The notes: generated by a model from the letters alone, not told the origin. Positions 10,320-21,620 are shown, counted from the stretch's first letter. The stretch is DNA of 64,000 nt from Candidatus Zixiibacteriota bacterium (GCA_037441845.1 JBBIRK010000003.1:128001-192000), one strand, 5' to 3'. Made by a program: numbers and translations.

Positions 10320-11270
10320 TTATCGCTGCAGCGGCCGATTGTAATCCATGTCGAACCACATGGCGAAAAACAACGATTGCGTCCCGAAAAGAAAAAACAG
10401 TGCGGCGAACAATGCGCTGGTTTCGGATACCGGTCCGCTGAAAAGGCGGTAAGCGATCAAATACAACCCGAACGCCAGGCCGAACAAACTTGACAACCCT
10501 CCGAAAAGATAGAAAAAAACCAAGGGATGAAAATCCCTGATCACGTATTTTTCTTTCAGCCGGCGAAAAAACCCGCCCGCAAGCAGCAGGCTTATCCTGG
10601 GCACAACTTTCCATAGGCGGATACCCGATCTCTGTCCGTCGTATATCGGTTTCACCGGTATCTCTTTTACGACCGCACCGAGGATATTCAGGTTCACCAG
10701 CAGGTCGTTGGGAAAACCGTAACGAGGATAAAGTTTTTTAAGCGGCAGTCGTCTAAGGGTTTCCCCGGAAATGGCGGTGTAGCCGCACTGAAAATCCGCC
10801 AGTTTCCAGTAGCCCGAGGCGATTTTGGTCAAAAGCGACAGAACTGCGTTGCCCAAAAAGCGATAGCGAGGCATCACCTGCCAGGCGTTGCCGTAAAAAA
10901 ATCGGTTCCCTTTCACGTAATCGGCTTGACCGTCTGCTATCGGCCGACAGAGTCGGATAAGCTCGGCGGGATCCATCTGCCCGTCGCCGGCCATCACCGC
11001 CACGATTTCGATTCCGTCTCCTACCGCCTGTGTGTAACCGCTGACAATGGTCGCGCCCACTCCGCGATTGCGCTCGTGTCGAATGAGGGCGATCCGTTTG
11101 CCGACTCTTGCAACGATCTCCTGCGTTATTTCCCGGGTGCCGTCGGTGCTGGCGTCGTCGATAACGTATATTTTATCAACGAATTGCGGAATGGTGTCGA
11201 TTACCGCCCGGATATGGCGTTCGACATCGAATGCGGGGATAACCACGGCGACGGATTTATTTTCGAGCAT
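10320..11270 (-). CDS. Glycosyltransferase family 2 (DPM1-like, C-terminal TM helices)
   Basis: VVIPAFD, VIDDASTD, NRGVG, MAGDGQMDP and DFQCGY. Confidence 0.9.
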   Translation of the reverse strand: MLENKSVAVVIPAFDVERHIRAVIDTIPQFVDKIYVIDDASTDGTREITQEIVARVGKRIALIRHERNRGVGATIVSGYTQAVGDGIEIVAVMAGDGQMDPAELIRLCRPIADGQADYVKGNRFFYGNAWQVMPRYRFLGNAVLSLLTKIASGYWKLADFQCGYTAISGETLRRLPLKKLYPRYGFPNDLLVNLNILGAVVKEIPVKPIYDGQRSGIRLWKVVPRISLLLAGGFFRRLKEKYVIRDFHPLVFFYLFGGLSSLFGLAFGLYLIAYRLFSGPVSETSALFAALFFLFGTQSLFFAMWFDMDYNRPLQR

Positions 11271-11506
11271 GATGAAATATATAAACAACCGGGGGATTTA
11301 TCCAAGTTATTTTGAAACGGCGAACGAGTCATGATTCTTTTCCGCGTTGGCTGGTCGCTTCGATCGGCATCCGTGCATGATCTGCCCCCCGGAACACCCT
11401 TGCCCCTTGCCTTGTTGAATGACATATGTTATTATCGGCTGAACGGCGACAGTTTGACGGTGCCGCGGGCCGGAACTGACGTAATCGGCTCTAATGGAGA
11501 ATCGCG

Positions 11507-12055
11507 ATGGCTGAGGTTAAATCGAAATCCAGAGGATTGCTTATCGTTTATACCGGCGATGGCAAAGGCAAAACCACGGCCGCCCTCGGTCTGTGCGTGC
11601 GGGCGGTGGGCTACCATAAGAAGGTGGCAATCGTGCAATTCGTCAAGGGAAGTTGGCACTACGGCGAACTCGACGGTATCAAGCGGCTCGAGCCCGAAGT
11701 CCAGATCATCCGCAAGGGTAAGGGATTCGTGGGTATTATTGATGATAAACTGCCCCGCGACGAGCACGAAAAAGCGGCAGCCGAAGCTCTCGAATTCGCC
11801 TCCGAATTGATCCAGTCGAACCAATATGATATCGTGATTCTCGATGAGTTGAACGTGGCTGTATTCCTCGGATTGATCGACATTTCCGATGTATTGAGAA
11901 TGTTACAGAACAGGCCGAGCGATCTCGATATCGTAATCACCGGACGCTCAGCACACGAAAAACTGATAGAAATCGCCGATCTGGTCACCGAAATGAAAGA
12001 AATCAAACATCCCTACCGCAAAGGGATAATGGCCAAAGAGGGCATAGATTTTTAG
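11507..12055 (+). CDS. cobO: Cob(I)alamin adenosyltransferase CobO/BtuR family
   Basis: YTGDGKGKTTAALG, ILDELN, ITGR and ADLVTEMKEIKHPY. Confidence 0.93.
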   Translation: MAEVKSKSRGLLIVYTGDGKGKTTAALGLCVRAVGYHKKVAIVQFVKGSWHYGELDGIKRLEPEVQIIRKGKGFVGIIDDKLPRDEHEKAAAEALEFASELIQSNQYDIVILDELNVAVFLGLIDISDVLRMLQNRPSDLDIVITGRSAHEKLIEIADLVTEMKEIKHPYRKGIMAKEGIDF

Positions 12056-12067
12056 GAGGTAGGATAA

Positions 12068-12988
12068 ATGAGGGAAGTCGACGTCTTGATCGTGGGTGGC
12101 GGGCCGGGCGGTTTAACCGCCGGCATGTATGCCGCCAGAGCGAAACTGAATGTCCTGTGTCTGGAAAAAATGCTCCCCGGAGGGCAGATCGCCAATACCC
12201 ATCTGGTCGAGGATTACCCGGGATTCGAGTCGATTTCGGGTCCCGACCTCGCTCAAAAGTTCGAATCGCATGCCCGCAAATTCGGTCTGGAGATCAACAA
12301 CGATAAGGTCAACAAAATCAGACCCGACGGCCGATACTGGATCGTGGAGGCGGACAACGATTCCTATAAGGCGAAAGCCGTGATAATCGCCACCGGCGGC
12401 CAACCCCGCAAACTGGGGATCCCCGGAGAGCTCGAATTCGCGGGACGGGGCGTCTCGTATTGCGCTATCTGCGACGGCGCCTTTTTCAAAGGCGAGGTCA
12501 TCGCCGTGGTCGGCGGCGGCGATTCGGCGGTCGAGGAGGGGATATTCCTGACCCGCTACGCAAGCAAACTTTACATAATCCACCGCCGCGATCAACTACG
12601 TGCCCAGAAAATCATCCAGGATAGAGCCATGGCCAACAGCAAGATCGAATTCGTTTGGGATAGCGTGCCGGTGGAAATCAAGGGAGCCGAAAAGGTGCAA
12701 ACGCTGGTGGTCAAAAACCTGAAATCCGGTGAAATAAAAACATTGTCGGTAGGGGCGGTTTTCCCATTTATCGGATTCGTCCCCAATTCCGATTTCTTCG
12801 ATGTCGAAATCAAACGCGATCCCAACGGCTACATAATCACAAACGAGAACATGGAGACGTCACTCAAAGGCGTTTACGCGATCGGCGATGTGCGCAAGCA
12901 ACTTTGCAAGCAGGTCACCAACGCCGTCGGCGACGGCACCACCGCCGCCGTGGCCGCCGACAAATATATCGAGGCCTGGAGTGATTGA
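12068..12988 (+). CDS. trxB: Thioredoxin reductase
   Basis: GGGPGG, GVSYCAICDG, GGGDSAVEE and AIGD. Confidence 0.95.
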   Translation: MREVDVLIVGGGPGGLTAGMYAARAKLNVLCLEKMLPGGQIANTHLVEDYPGFESISGPDLAQKFESHARKFGLEINNDKVNKIRPDGRYWIVEADNDSYKAKAVIIATGGQPRKLGIPGELEFAGRGVSYCAICDGAFFKGEVIAVVGGGDSAVEEGIFLTRYASKLYIIHRRDQLRAQKIIQDRAMANSKIEFVWDSVPVEIKGAEKVQTLVVKNLKSGEIKTLSVGAVFPFIGFVPNSDFFDVEIKRDPNGYIITNENMETSLKGVYAIGDVRKQLCKQVTNAVGDGTTAAVAADKYIEAWSD

Positions 12989-12991
12989 GAT

Positions 12992-13432
12992 ATGGCCGAA
13001 GTTATCGTAAAACATCTGCAAAATCTCCAGCAGCAGGTGATAGCCCGCCAGCATTCCTTCATCGTAGATGAACCGATCAAACTGAAAGGCGACGATCTCG
13101 GCCCCAATCCCTACGACTTGTTGCTGGCTTCGCTGGGAAGCTGCACCTCGATGACCTTGATGCTTTATGCGAGAAACAAGAATATCCCTCTCGAGGGAGT
13201 CGAGGTCAAAATGGAGTATTCGCGCGTCTATGATCAGGATTGTCGGGATTGCGATGCCGCCGATAGGTTTCTCCATAAAATCACCAAGCGGATAAAACTC
13301 GAAGGTCCGCTCGATCCCGATCAGAAATCGCGTCTGTTGCAGATTGCCGGCAAATGCCCGGTGCACAAAACCTTGACGTCGAAAATCGTAATCGAGGATA
13401 TGCTGGATGACTCCGATGGCCGGTCTGCATAA
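12992..13432 (+). CDS. OsmC family protein
   Basis: DEP...GPNPYDLLLASLGSC and KCPVHKTL. Confidence 0.9.
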   Translation: MAEVIVKHLQNLQQQVIARQHSFIVDEPIKLKGDDLGPNPYDLLLASLGSCTSMTLMLYARNKNIPLEGVEVKMEYSRVYDQDCRDCDAADRFLHKITKRIKLEGPLDPDQKSRLLQIAGKCPVHKTLTSKIVIEDMLDDSDGRSA

Positions 13433-14294
13433 ACCATCGTGGCTGAAAATTAAGCCGAGTTTCGGGCCGGTTTATTCCGACGTCAAGAAGCTGATCGAAG
13501 ACCTCGGACTTCATACCGTATGCCAGGAGGCGGGTTGCCCAAATATCGGTGAATGCTTTTCTGCGCGAACCGCGACGTTCCTGATTATGGGTGATCGCTG
13601 CACCCGAAATTGCCGTTTTTGCAATGTCGACTCCGCCGACCCATCGCCGCCTGATTGTCTCGAACCCGAAAGGGTCGCCCAGGCGGTAAAGAAACTCGGG
13701 CTGAAGTTTGTCGTTATCACCTCGGTGACCCGCGATGATTTACCTGACGGCGGCGCCTCTATTTTCGCCTCGGTCGTCGAATCGATTCGGCGCACTTCAC
13801 CGGCCTGCGGGATAGAAGTGCTGATTCCGGATTTCAAGGGCGACCGGGAAGCCCTCGATAATGTGCTCCATGTCCGTCCCGAGGTCATCGCCCACAATAT
13901 CGAAACCGTCCCTGAGCTTTATGACCGTGTGAGGCCTCAAGCGGATTATAAGCGGTCGCTGGAGCTGCTTCGCTATTGCGCCGAAAGCGATAAGGAATTG
14001 GTGGTCAAATCGGGCATGATGGTGGGATTGGGGGAGACCACCGAAATGATCGTAAAGGTATTGGCGGATGCAGCCGACGCCGGTTGCCGCATTTTCACCA
14101 TCGGCCAGTACCTATCGCCATCGCAAAATCACTTGCCCGTGGAAAAATATTATCACCCCGAGGAATTCGCTGATTTAGCCGAGATCGGCCGACGTTGCGG
14201 CATCCCCCATGTCGAATCCGCGCCGCTCGTGCGCAGCTCCTATCTTGCTCATCGCCAGTTCGAATCGTTAGGGCTGATAAACCGTCATAAATAA
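13416..14294 (+). CDS. lipA: Lipoyl synthase
   Basis: KPSWLK, CQEAGCPNIGEC, CTRNCRFC and PLVRSSY. Confidence 0.95.
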   Translation: MAGLHKPSWLKIKPSFGPVYSDVKKLIEDLGLHTVCQEAGCPNIGECFSARTATFLIMGDRCTRNCRFCNVDSADPSPPDCLEPERVAQAVKKLGLKFVVITSVTRDDLPDGGASIFASVVESIRRTSPACGIEVLIPDFKGDREALDNVLHVRPEVIAHNIETVPELYDRVRPQADYKRSLELLRYCAESDKELVVKSGMMVGLGETTEMIVKVLADAADAGCRIFTIGQYLSPSQNHLPVEKYYHPEEFADLAEIGRRCGIPHVESAPLVRSSYLAHRQFESLGLINRHK

Positions 14295-14553
14295 CACTCG
14301 AAGCGGCCTATTTTAGCGATCTTGGCTGTGAAAACCACTGCATCATGAGTCCGATAATTGAACAGCCGACCTACTCGATTTTCGATTTCGTTCAAATTTT
14401 GGACGACTTGCTGAGCATGATTTAACCATCTCCGGAAACGCTGTTTACTTATAATACGGCATTCCCGCCGACTGAAACAACCTAATGGGGAAATTGAAAT
14501 TCTTATTCTTGAAACTGTCGATATAAAGGCAAAAGGTGAAGGAGCGCCGACCG

Positions 14554-16014
14554 ATGTCCGATCGAAACATCTTAATCGCCTCGTATGTCGAAACAAGCGA
14601 GCCGATCCTTGTCGTCGATGATGAGGCGACCATACTCGAAATTATCGAAGAGATGTTGCGAGGGCAGCCGTACATCGTATTCCAGGCGAGAAACCTGGCC
14701 GAGGCCGAGGCCATACTCCGGGAGCAGGAGATATCGATCGTCCTTACCGACCTGATTCTGCGCCAGGAGTCCGGCCTCGATGTTATCAATATTGCTCAGA
14801 AAATCCAGCCGACCGCCAAAGTCATTTTGATGACCGGCAAGCCCACGATCCAAAACGCGGTTACCGTTCTCAAAACGGGCGCTTTCGATTATCTGGTCAA
14901 ACCTTTCGATATGGATACACTACGAGGGCTTCTGAAACGGACCGTCGATCAAGTAAAACTCGAACGCGAAAACATCCGGCTAAACGAAATTATGTCTTTC
15001 TATAAGATCTCCGAGGCCATGACTTTCGAAATCAATCCGGAGAAGCTGCTGAAATTGATTCTCGAGACCGCCATTCGCGAATTCAAAGCAGATTACGCTG
15101 CAGCCCATTTTATCGAGCATGACGGCAGCATGAAAATGCACGACAGCATTATACTCGACAAAAGTCTGGCCGATACTTTCGCCAGGTTCAGCCAGGACCT
15201 TGCCAACGAGGTGGGTTATAAGGGAAAACCGCTGATTATCAATGACGAAGACGCATACGCACGGACCGGGTCGAAAACCATAAAATCCGCGCTTTGCCAC
15301 CCATTGTTGACTAAAGGCAAAGTAAGCGGCACTCTGATTGTAATACGGTCTCATAATCTGAGAAAATTCACGACCGGCGAAATGACCACGTTATCGCTAT
15401 TCGCCAACAAGGCGGCCATTGAATTCGAAAACGCCCGCTTGTATCGCAATCTCGAGGATGCCTATTTCGATACGGTCGCCGTGCTTTCCAACGCGATCGA
15501 GACGCGTGACCGCAACACCGGCGGCCATACCGAGCGCGTATGGCGGATCACTTACGATATCGCCGCTATCCTCGGATGGAAAACCGAAAGTCTCAAAGAG
15601 CTGCGCATGGGGGCTATGCTCCATGATATAGGCAAGATCGGCGTGCCCGATGCCATCCTCAATAAGCCCGGCCCGCTCGATCCGGACGAATTCGCTATAA
15701 TGAAAAAGCATCCGGAAATCGGCGCGGCGATGATCGAAAAGATCGTTTTTCTCAATCCTGCCTTGCCATATATCCTGTATCATCATGAAAGATACGATGG
15801 CAAAGGGTATCCTTTTGGATTGGCCGGCGACGATATCCCGATTCAGGGTCGGCTTTTGGCGGTCGTGGATACTTACGACGCCATCACCAGCGATAGACCC
15901 TACCGCAAGGGAAAAAGCAGCGCCAACGCGATCGAGGAGATATTGCGCAATTCAGGCAGCCAGTTCGATCCCCTGGTGGTGGATGCTTTCATAAAAGTCA
16001 TCAAACCGCAATAA
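14554..16014 (+). CDS. Response regulator REC-GAF-HD-GYP c-di-GMP phosphodiesterase
   Basis: ILVVDDE...LTD...KPF receiver; HDIGKIG and HHERYDGKGYP. Confidence 0.9.
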   Translation: MSDRNILIASYVETSEPILVVDDEATILEIIEEMLRGQPYIVFQARNLAEAEAILREQEISIVLTDLILRQESGLDVINIAQKIQPTAKVILMTGKPTIQNAVTVLKTGAFDYLVKPFDMDTLRGLLKRTVDQVKLERENIRLNEIMSFYKISEAMTFEINPEKLLKLILETAIREFKADYAAAHFIEHDGSMKMHDSIILDKSLADTFARFSQDLANEVGYKGKPLIINDEDAYARTGSKTIKSALCHPLLTKGKVSGTLIVIRSHNLRKFTTGEMTTLSLFANKAAIEFENARLYRNLEDAYFDTVAVLSNAIETRDRNTGGHTERVWRITYDIAAILGWKTESLKELRMGAMLHDIGKIGVPDAILNKPGPLDPDEFAIMKKHPEIGAAMIEKIVFLNPALPYILYHHERYDGKGYPFGLAGDDIPIQGRLLAVVDTYDAITSDRPYRKGKSSANAIEEILRNSGSQFDPLVVDAFIKVIKPQ

Positions 16015-16162
16015 GAGAATCCGGCTCATCGGATTCAACATCCGTATCGTCGATACTTATCGCTTTTGATTCGAACCGACCTTGCGATGGTTGGAAACAA
16101 AACGGCATCGGTTGTCAGCCGATGCCGCGTTTTTGTGTCGAAGGGAAAATCAAGCAGTTGTG

Positions 16163-17524
16163 TCAGTCGCCCATCATCACGAATCGGCTGGGGATCGAGA
16201 TATACCCCGTGTCCATCATGGTGCGGGTCAGTCCTCTTGCCCGGGAGATCTTCTCCACCGCCATGCGGAACAACTCGTCGCGGGTTCTCTTTTTTCTTGC
16301 GACCCCTTGTTCGATCGCTTTCATGCCTACGGCAGCCGCCTCTCTCGGAAAGACCTCCCAATCGTCCATGGTGGGAAGAAGGTGCTCCTCATCAAGCCCC
16401 TTATCGAGAGCAAGCTGCGCCAGTTCGTAAGCCGCCGCGATGCACATCTCATCGGTGATCGTTCGAGCCTGCACATCGAGCGTCCCTCTGAAGATCCCGG
16501 GGAACCCCAATGAATTATTCACCTGGTTTGGAAAATCGGATCTGCCCGTGGCGACCACCCACGCCCCGGCTTCTTTGGCCTCCCAGGGCCAGATTTCGGG
16601 AGTAGGATTGGCGCAGGCGAATACTATCGCCTGAGACGTCATCGTTTTCACCCACTCCTTCTTGATTACACCCGGTCCCGGAGTCGATAAAGCGATCACG
16701 GCGTCGGCGCCCTTCATGGCTTCGGGTATTCCGCCGGTCACGTTGCCGCCGTTTGTGGTCATGCAGATATCCCACTTTTCCTTGTATTTGGTTTCGAGCT
16801 CCTTGCGGTCTTCGCGGTTTTTATGGAGAATGCCTTTGGTGTCGGTCATGATGATGTTTTTGGCATCGACTCCCGCGGTGATCAGTAATTTGGCTATTCT
16901 ATAATTCGAGGCGCCGGCGCCGATCATGGCGATTTTGACCTCGTTGATTTTCTTATCGACTATTCGCAAGGCGTTTATGAATCCGGCGACCGTTACTGTG
17001 GCGGTTCCCTGCTGATCATCATGCCAGATTGGTATGCTGGCTTTCGCTCGCAACTCGTCGAGGATTCTGAAGCATTTGGGCATGGCGATATCCTCGAGAT
17101 TGACGCCCCCCAGGCCGGGCTGGAGCAGCAGCACGGTTTCGATGATTTTATCCGGATCCTTGGTGTCGAGCATGAGCGGGAAAACATCGACGCCGCCGAG
17201 ATATTTGAATAAAAGCGCCTTGCCTTCCATAACCGGCAACCCCGCCGCAGGACCGATATCGCCCAATCCTAAAACCCGCGTCCCGTCCGATATCACCGCG
17301 ATCGTGTTGCCTTTATTGGTGTGTTCGAATACGGTATCGGGATTGTCGCGAATATCCAGGCAGGGCTTGGCCACCCCGGGTGTGTACCAGATCGCGAAAT
17401 CGGAGATGTCGCGGATGCAAACTTTCGGCACGACCTCGATCTTCCCTTTATAAAAAGGGTGTAATTTCATCGCCTCTATGGCCGGTTGATTCGCCTTGGC
17501 AAGCAGATTATCTTTGTTATCCAT
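16163..17524 (-). CDS. NAD(P)-dependent malic enzyme (no PTA domain)
   Basis: YTPGVA, VLGLGDIG, PVMEGKA, HDDQQGT and ATGRSDFPNQVNN. Confidence 0.93.
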   Translation of the reverse strand: MDNKDNLLAKANQPAIEAMKLHPFYKGKIEVVPKVCIRDISDFAIWYTPGVAKPCLDIRDNPDTVFEHTNKGNTIAVISDGTRVLGLGDIGPAAGLPVMEGKALLFKYLGGVDVFPLMLDTKDPDKIIETVLLLQPGLGGVNLEDIAMPKCFRILDELRAKASIPIWHDDQQGTATVTVAGFINALRIVDKKINEVKIAMIGAGASNYRIAKLLITAGVDAKNIIMTDTKGILHKNREDRKELETKYKEKWDICMTTNGGNVTGGIPEAMKGADAVIALSTPGPGVIKKEWVKTMTSQAIVFACANPTPEIWPWEAKEAGAWVVATGRSDFPNQVNNSLGFPGIFRGTLDVQARTITDEMCIAAAYELAQLALDKGLDEEHLLPTMDDWEVFPREAAAVGMKAIEQGVARKKRTRDELFRMAVEKISRARGLTRTMMDTGYISIPSRFVMMGD

Positions 17525-17950
17525 AATCTTCCTTTCTCTGAAGCGCTCACATTCGATAACGCGGTTCGTCCGAACGGTTGTAGAAGATATATCATGCCTT
17601 GATCAATTGCAAGCAATATCGGATCGCTTCATTCCATCGAAACCGCCGGCGCGGCTTGCAGGATATGTTATCTTGACTTTTCCCCAAGCGTTATTTTTCG
17701 GAGATGAACGATATCGAAAGCGCCGACCGCGAATCCGAAAATATTATCCGTGATCCTGAAAAGTTTATTCTCTGTGCAGAAAAATGCTTAAGAAAACAAT
17801 ACAGATTTCAGTTATATATAATTTTAAAGAGACATTTGAATTAAATGTTGGCGGACCGTCGCAAGTCCATTCAACGTTATTGTGAAAAACGGCGGCCATC
17901 CCGAGGAATTTCGCAATCAGTTTGTCTGTGGTAACCGGCCGGGAGGATTT

Positions 17951-19344
17951 ATGTCTACAGCTCAAAGTAAAGCCATAAGTGTGATTATTCCCGCTCTGAA
18001 CGAGGAAAACACGATCGGGACGGTCGTTAATCTGGCCAAGCAGGGTGAAAACGTAACCGAGGTGATCGTCGTCGATGACAAGTCGTTCGACAACACTGTT
18101 CAGTGCGCCAAGGCGGCCGGCGCCAGCGTCATAACCAGCACCCGGCTGGGCAAAGGCGCTTCCATGCTCGATGGTTTGCTGGTGTCATCGGGGGACATTA
18201 TAGTCTATCTCGACGCCGACGTGATCAATTACCGGCCGGATTTGATAAATGTTCTCACGCGACCTATAATCGATGATGATTGCGATTTCGTCAAAGCCCG
18301 TTTTATCAGAAAAGCCGGGCGGGTGACCGAGCTGGTGGCCAGACCGCTTTTAAGCTTGCTTTTTCCGGATATCTCCGGCATTTCCCAACCTTTGGCAGGA
18401 ACGATCGCCGGCCGCCGCGAGGCATTCCTGAAAGTGAATTCGAGGATGATTATGGAGTCGATATCGGTTTGCTTATCGATATGCATCTGAATAACGCCAG
18501 GATTAAGGAAATCGATATCGGGCCGCTCGATCATAAAATGAAACCCTGGCACCAGCTTACCAGAATGTCGCGGGACGTTTCTTTGGCCATACTAAAACAT
18601 GCCGCCAGTTTGTCGCTTGCCCAGCTCGAAAACCTCGAGACCATTTCGATGATCCGTAATCAGATGGAGAATGCGATCAATTTGACGGTCAAGAAAATAA
18701 AGAAGATGGCGATCTTTGATCTCGATAACACCTTATTGGAAGGCCGTTTTATAGAGAAAGCCGCCGAATATTTCGATTTCCATAAGGATCTGGTTACGAT
18801 AGTTGCGGGCAATCAGGATTCATATCTCATCACCAAGATGACCGCCAGAATTCTGAAAGGGAAAAATATCGCCGACCTGCTGGCGGTGGTCGATATGATT
18901 CCGCTGGTCGCCGACGCCGAGGGGGTGATCGCTGAACTTCATAGAAGGGGATATGTGGTCGGTATCATAACCGATAGTCACGATTTCGCGGCCAATCATA
19001 TAAAAAATAAAATCGGAGCCGATTTCATCATGGCCAACGGACTCGGATTTTCCTCGAGCATCGCCACCGGTGAGGTCAAGGTGCCGTCGTATTTCTGCCG
19101 CAGCGAGGCCGGCAACTGCAATCACAATTTCTGCAAGAGCAACGCTCTTAGGCAGGCCTCGTTGGACTATAATATCGACATGCCGAACATTATCGCGGTG
19201 GGTGATGGAGAAAACGACATCTGCATGGTTAGGATTGCGGGAGTGGGCGTGTCATTTTGTTCCGCTAATAGACTTCTCAATCAGGTGGCCGATTACAACA
19301 TTTCGGAAAAACGTCTCATTTCGATCCTCGAATTCGCTCAGTAG
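17951..19344 (+). pseudogene. Glucosyl-3-phosphoglycerate synthase-like GT2 fused to a HAD-IB phosphatase, split by a single-base frameshift near 18439 (real lesion or assembly error)
   Basis: Frame A has IIPALNEE, LGKG, YLDAD, GRVTELVARP and SQPLAG; frame B resumes FEDDYGVDIGLLID and later has FDLDNTL, ITDS and AVGDGENDI. Confidence 0.8.
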
Positions 19345-19505
19345 CGCTCGTTTTGATGGTTTTCCGCGGGGGGAAAGGTAAATTCGTCATCGCTGATGGA
19401 CCCGGGTGCGTTTTCTGCCGCCGGGGATATATCATAATCCATTGACAATCGATAAATATATGCTACATTTGATTCGATACTACTATTGGATTTGCAGGAG
19501 GATTG

Positions 19506-21620
19506 ATGTCAAGATCGATAATTGCGCTATTAACGCTGATTACGATTTCCTTTTCGATTCCGAGTATGGCCGGCCTGCCTACGGAAGAAACGATCGCTTT
19601 ACAGCGGAAGATTGCGGAACAAGGGCTGTCATGGGTGGTCGCCCAAACTTCCATGATGGATATGCCACTTGAGGAACGCCGCGCCCGGCTCGGCTTGGTG
19701 ATACCCGAGGATGTCAAACGGCAATTCGATGAAATCAACAAGCTGCCCGAGCCGCCCTTGCTGTCCACACAGGCGATATTCGACTGGCGCGATTTCGGTG
19801 GCGTAACGCCGGTGAAGGATCAAGGTTCCTGCGGATCGTGCTGGGATTTCGCCGCCACCGGCGCTTTCGAATCGGCCTATCTGATCGCCACCGGCATCGT
19901 CCCCGATTTTTCCGAGCAACAAGTCCTTTCCTGCAATTCGGGAAGCTCGAGTTGTCAGGGCGGCTGGATGGCCGACGCCTATAATTTATTTATCAATTAC
20001 GGCGCGATCGCCGAATCGAACATGCCTTATCGCGCCGATGATCAGATTCCTTGCACTCAGGAAAATTATATTCCGATCGCCAATCAGCTGATGTACATGA
20101 ACATCCCAAACAATGTTAACGCCATAAAAAACGCGTTAATGTGCGGCCCGGTCTCGACCACTTTCACGGTGTATGACGACTTTTTCGGATATGGAGGCGG
20201 TTGTTACGAGCACGCCGATACCGATCCGATTAATCATGCGGTCGTGATCGTCGGCTGGAACGACAATCTCTGCGACGGGCAGGGCGCTTGGATAGTCAAA
20301 AACAGCTGGGGAACCAGCTGGGGAATGAATGGATATTTTTACATAAAATACAACTCATCAGGTTTCGGGCAATACACGCAGTTGCCGCTTTATGTCGAGC
20401 CCGGGTTCCCCGACATGGTGCTGGATACCGATTCGATCGAGGTCGATCTTGTTTCCGGCGGCAGTGCGGTTCACAATATAACGGTTCAGAACAACGGCGA
20501 CGGTCCGCTGCAATATCTGGTGACCAAGCAAGGGCCGGCCTATCAGGATTCTTTCGGCTATTATTGGAGAGACAGCGACAATGCCGCCGGTCCGCAATTC
20601 GACTGGATAGATATAACGCAGATCGGACAGCCGCTGCATTTTTACGACTTCGATAATGGAACCTCCTCGCGGCTTTATTTTGGTTTCGGTTTCAATTTCT
20701 ATGGCAACTCGTATGGTTCCCTTTACGCCTCGGTGAACGGCTGGGCGTCGTTTATGAACGCTTATTTCAACAATTACCAGAACGTGCCGATACCGGATCG
20801 CGCTTATCCGAACAATATGTTGGCGCCGTTTTTCGATGACTTGACTCTGGCACACGGCGGTCAGGTCTTATATTATACCAACAACGCCGATACCGCCGTG
20901 ATAACTTGGAACAACCTCGCCGACAGCCGCAACGTCGGCCGTTTCACTTTCCAGATCGTGCTGATCGCCCCGAACATCATCAAATTCCAATACGCATCTT
21001 TGGGAACGGCCCGTTTGAACGAATGCACGGTGGGTATCGAAAACCGCACGGGCACAGTAGGGCTTCAGGTGGCCTACAATCAGCCATATCTTCATAACGA
21101 TATGGCCATAGAGTTTCCCGTCGGCATGCCGCAAAACCTCGAATGGCTTGCCTGCGCGCCGACCAGAGGAACGATCGATCCATCGGCAAGCGGCAATATC
21201 GTGGTAACGCTCAACAGCGGACAGCTTCCCGAGGGAAGCTACGACGCGGCTCTGAAAATAACCGCCAACGATTACGAACACCCCAATACGACTATCCCGG
21301 TGACCATGAATGTCGGCCTTACCGGGATCAAAGACGAGACCGGAATGGCTCTGCCGACCGAAATGACGATATCCTCGGTTTATCCCAATCCGTTCAATTC
21401 CTCGATGAAGATTCGCTTTGAGCTGCCGTCTGCGGGTGTTTATTCGATGCAGATTTGCAATATCCTCGGCCAGGTGATCGCCGTTTTGCACGATGGTTAT
21501 CTTGAAGCCGGTGTACACGAATTGGGTTGGAACGCGCAGGGGATGTCCAGCGGGATTTACTGGGCGCGTTTAAGCGATGGATTAAGCAGCACTGCCAAAA
21601 AGATCGTATTGATTAGATAG
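19506..21620 (+). CDS. Secreted papain-family (C1) cysteine peptidase with T9SS-type C-terminal domain
   Basis: FDWRD, QGSCGSCW, INHAVVIVGW and WIVKNSWG; SVYPNPFN tail. Confidence 0.9.
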   Translation: MSRSIIALLTLITISFSIPSMAGLPTEETIALQRKIAEQGLSWVVAQTSMMDMPLEERRARLGLVIPEDVKRQFDEINKLPEPPLLSTQAIFDWRDFGGVTPVKDQGSCGSCWDFAATGAFESAYLIATGIVPDFSEQQVLSCNSGSSSCQGGWMADAYNLFINYGAIAESNMPYRADDQIPCTQENYIPIANQLMYMNIPNNVNAIKNALMCGPVSTTFTVYDDFFGYGGGCYEHADTDPINHAVVIVGWNDNLCDGQGAWIVKNSWGTSWGMNGYFYIKYNSSGFGQYTQLPLYVEPGFPDMVLDTDSIEVDLVSGGSAVHNITVQNNGDGPLQYLVTKQGPAYQDSFGYYWRDSDNAAGPQFDWIDITQIGQPLHFYDFDNGTSSRLYFGFGFNFYGNSYGSLYASVNGWASFMNAYFNNYQNVPIPDRAYPNNMLAPFFDDLTLAHGGQVLYYTNNADTAVITWNNLADSRNVGRFTFQIVLIAPNIIKFQYASLGTARLNECTVGIENRTGTVGLQVAYNQPYLHNDMAIEFPVGMPQNLEWLACAPTRGTIDPSASGNIVVTLNSGQLPEGSYDAALKITANDYEHPNTTIPVTMNVGLTGIKDETGMALPTEMTISSVYPNPFNSSMKIRFELPSAGVYSMQICNILGQVIAVLHDGYLEAGVHELGWNAQGMSSGIYWARLSDGLSSTAKKIVLIR

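Noticed and set aside
11290..11506. Cobalamin riboswitch upstream of cobO
   Set aside because: No recognisable B12-box or conserved GGGAA elements by eye; an Infernal scan would settle it
18425..18445. Programmed -1 ribosomal frameshift
   Set aside because: No X XXY YYZ heptamer at the junction; a single-base loss is the simpler explanation
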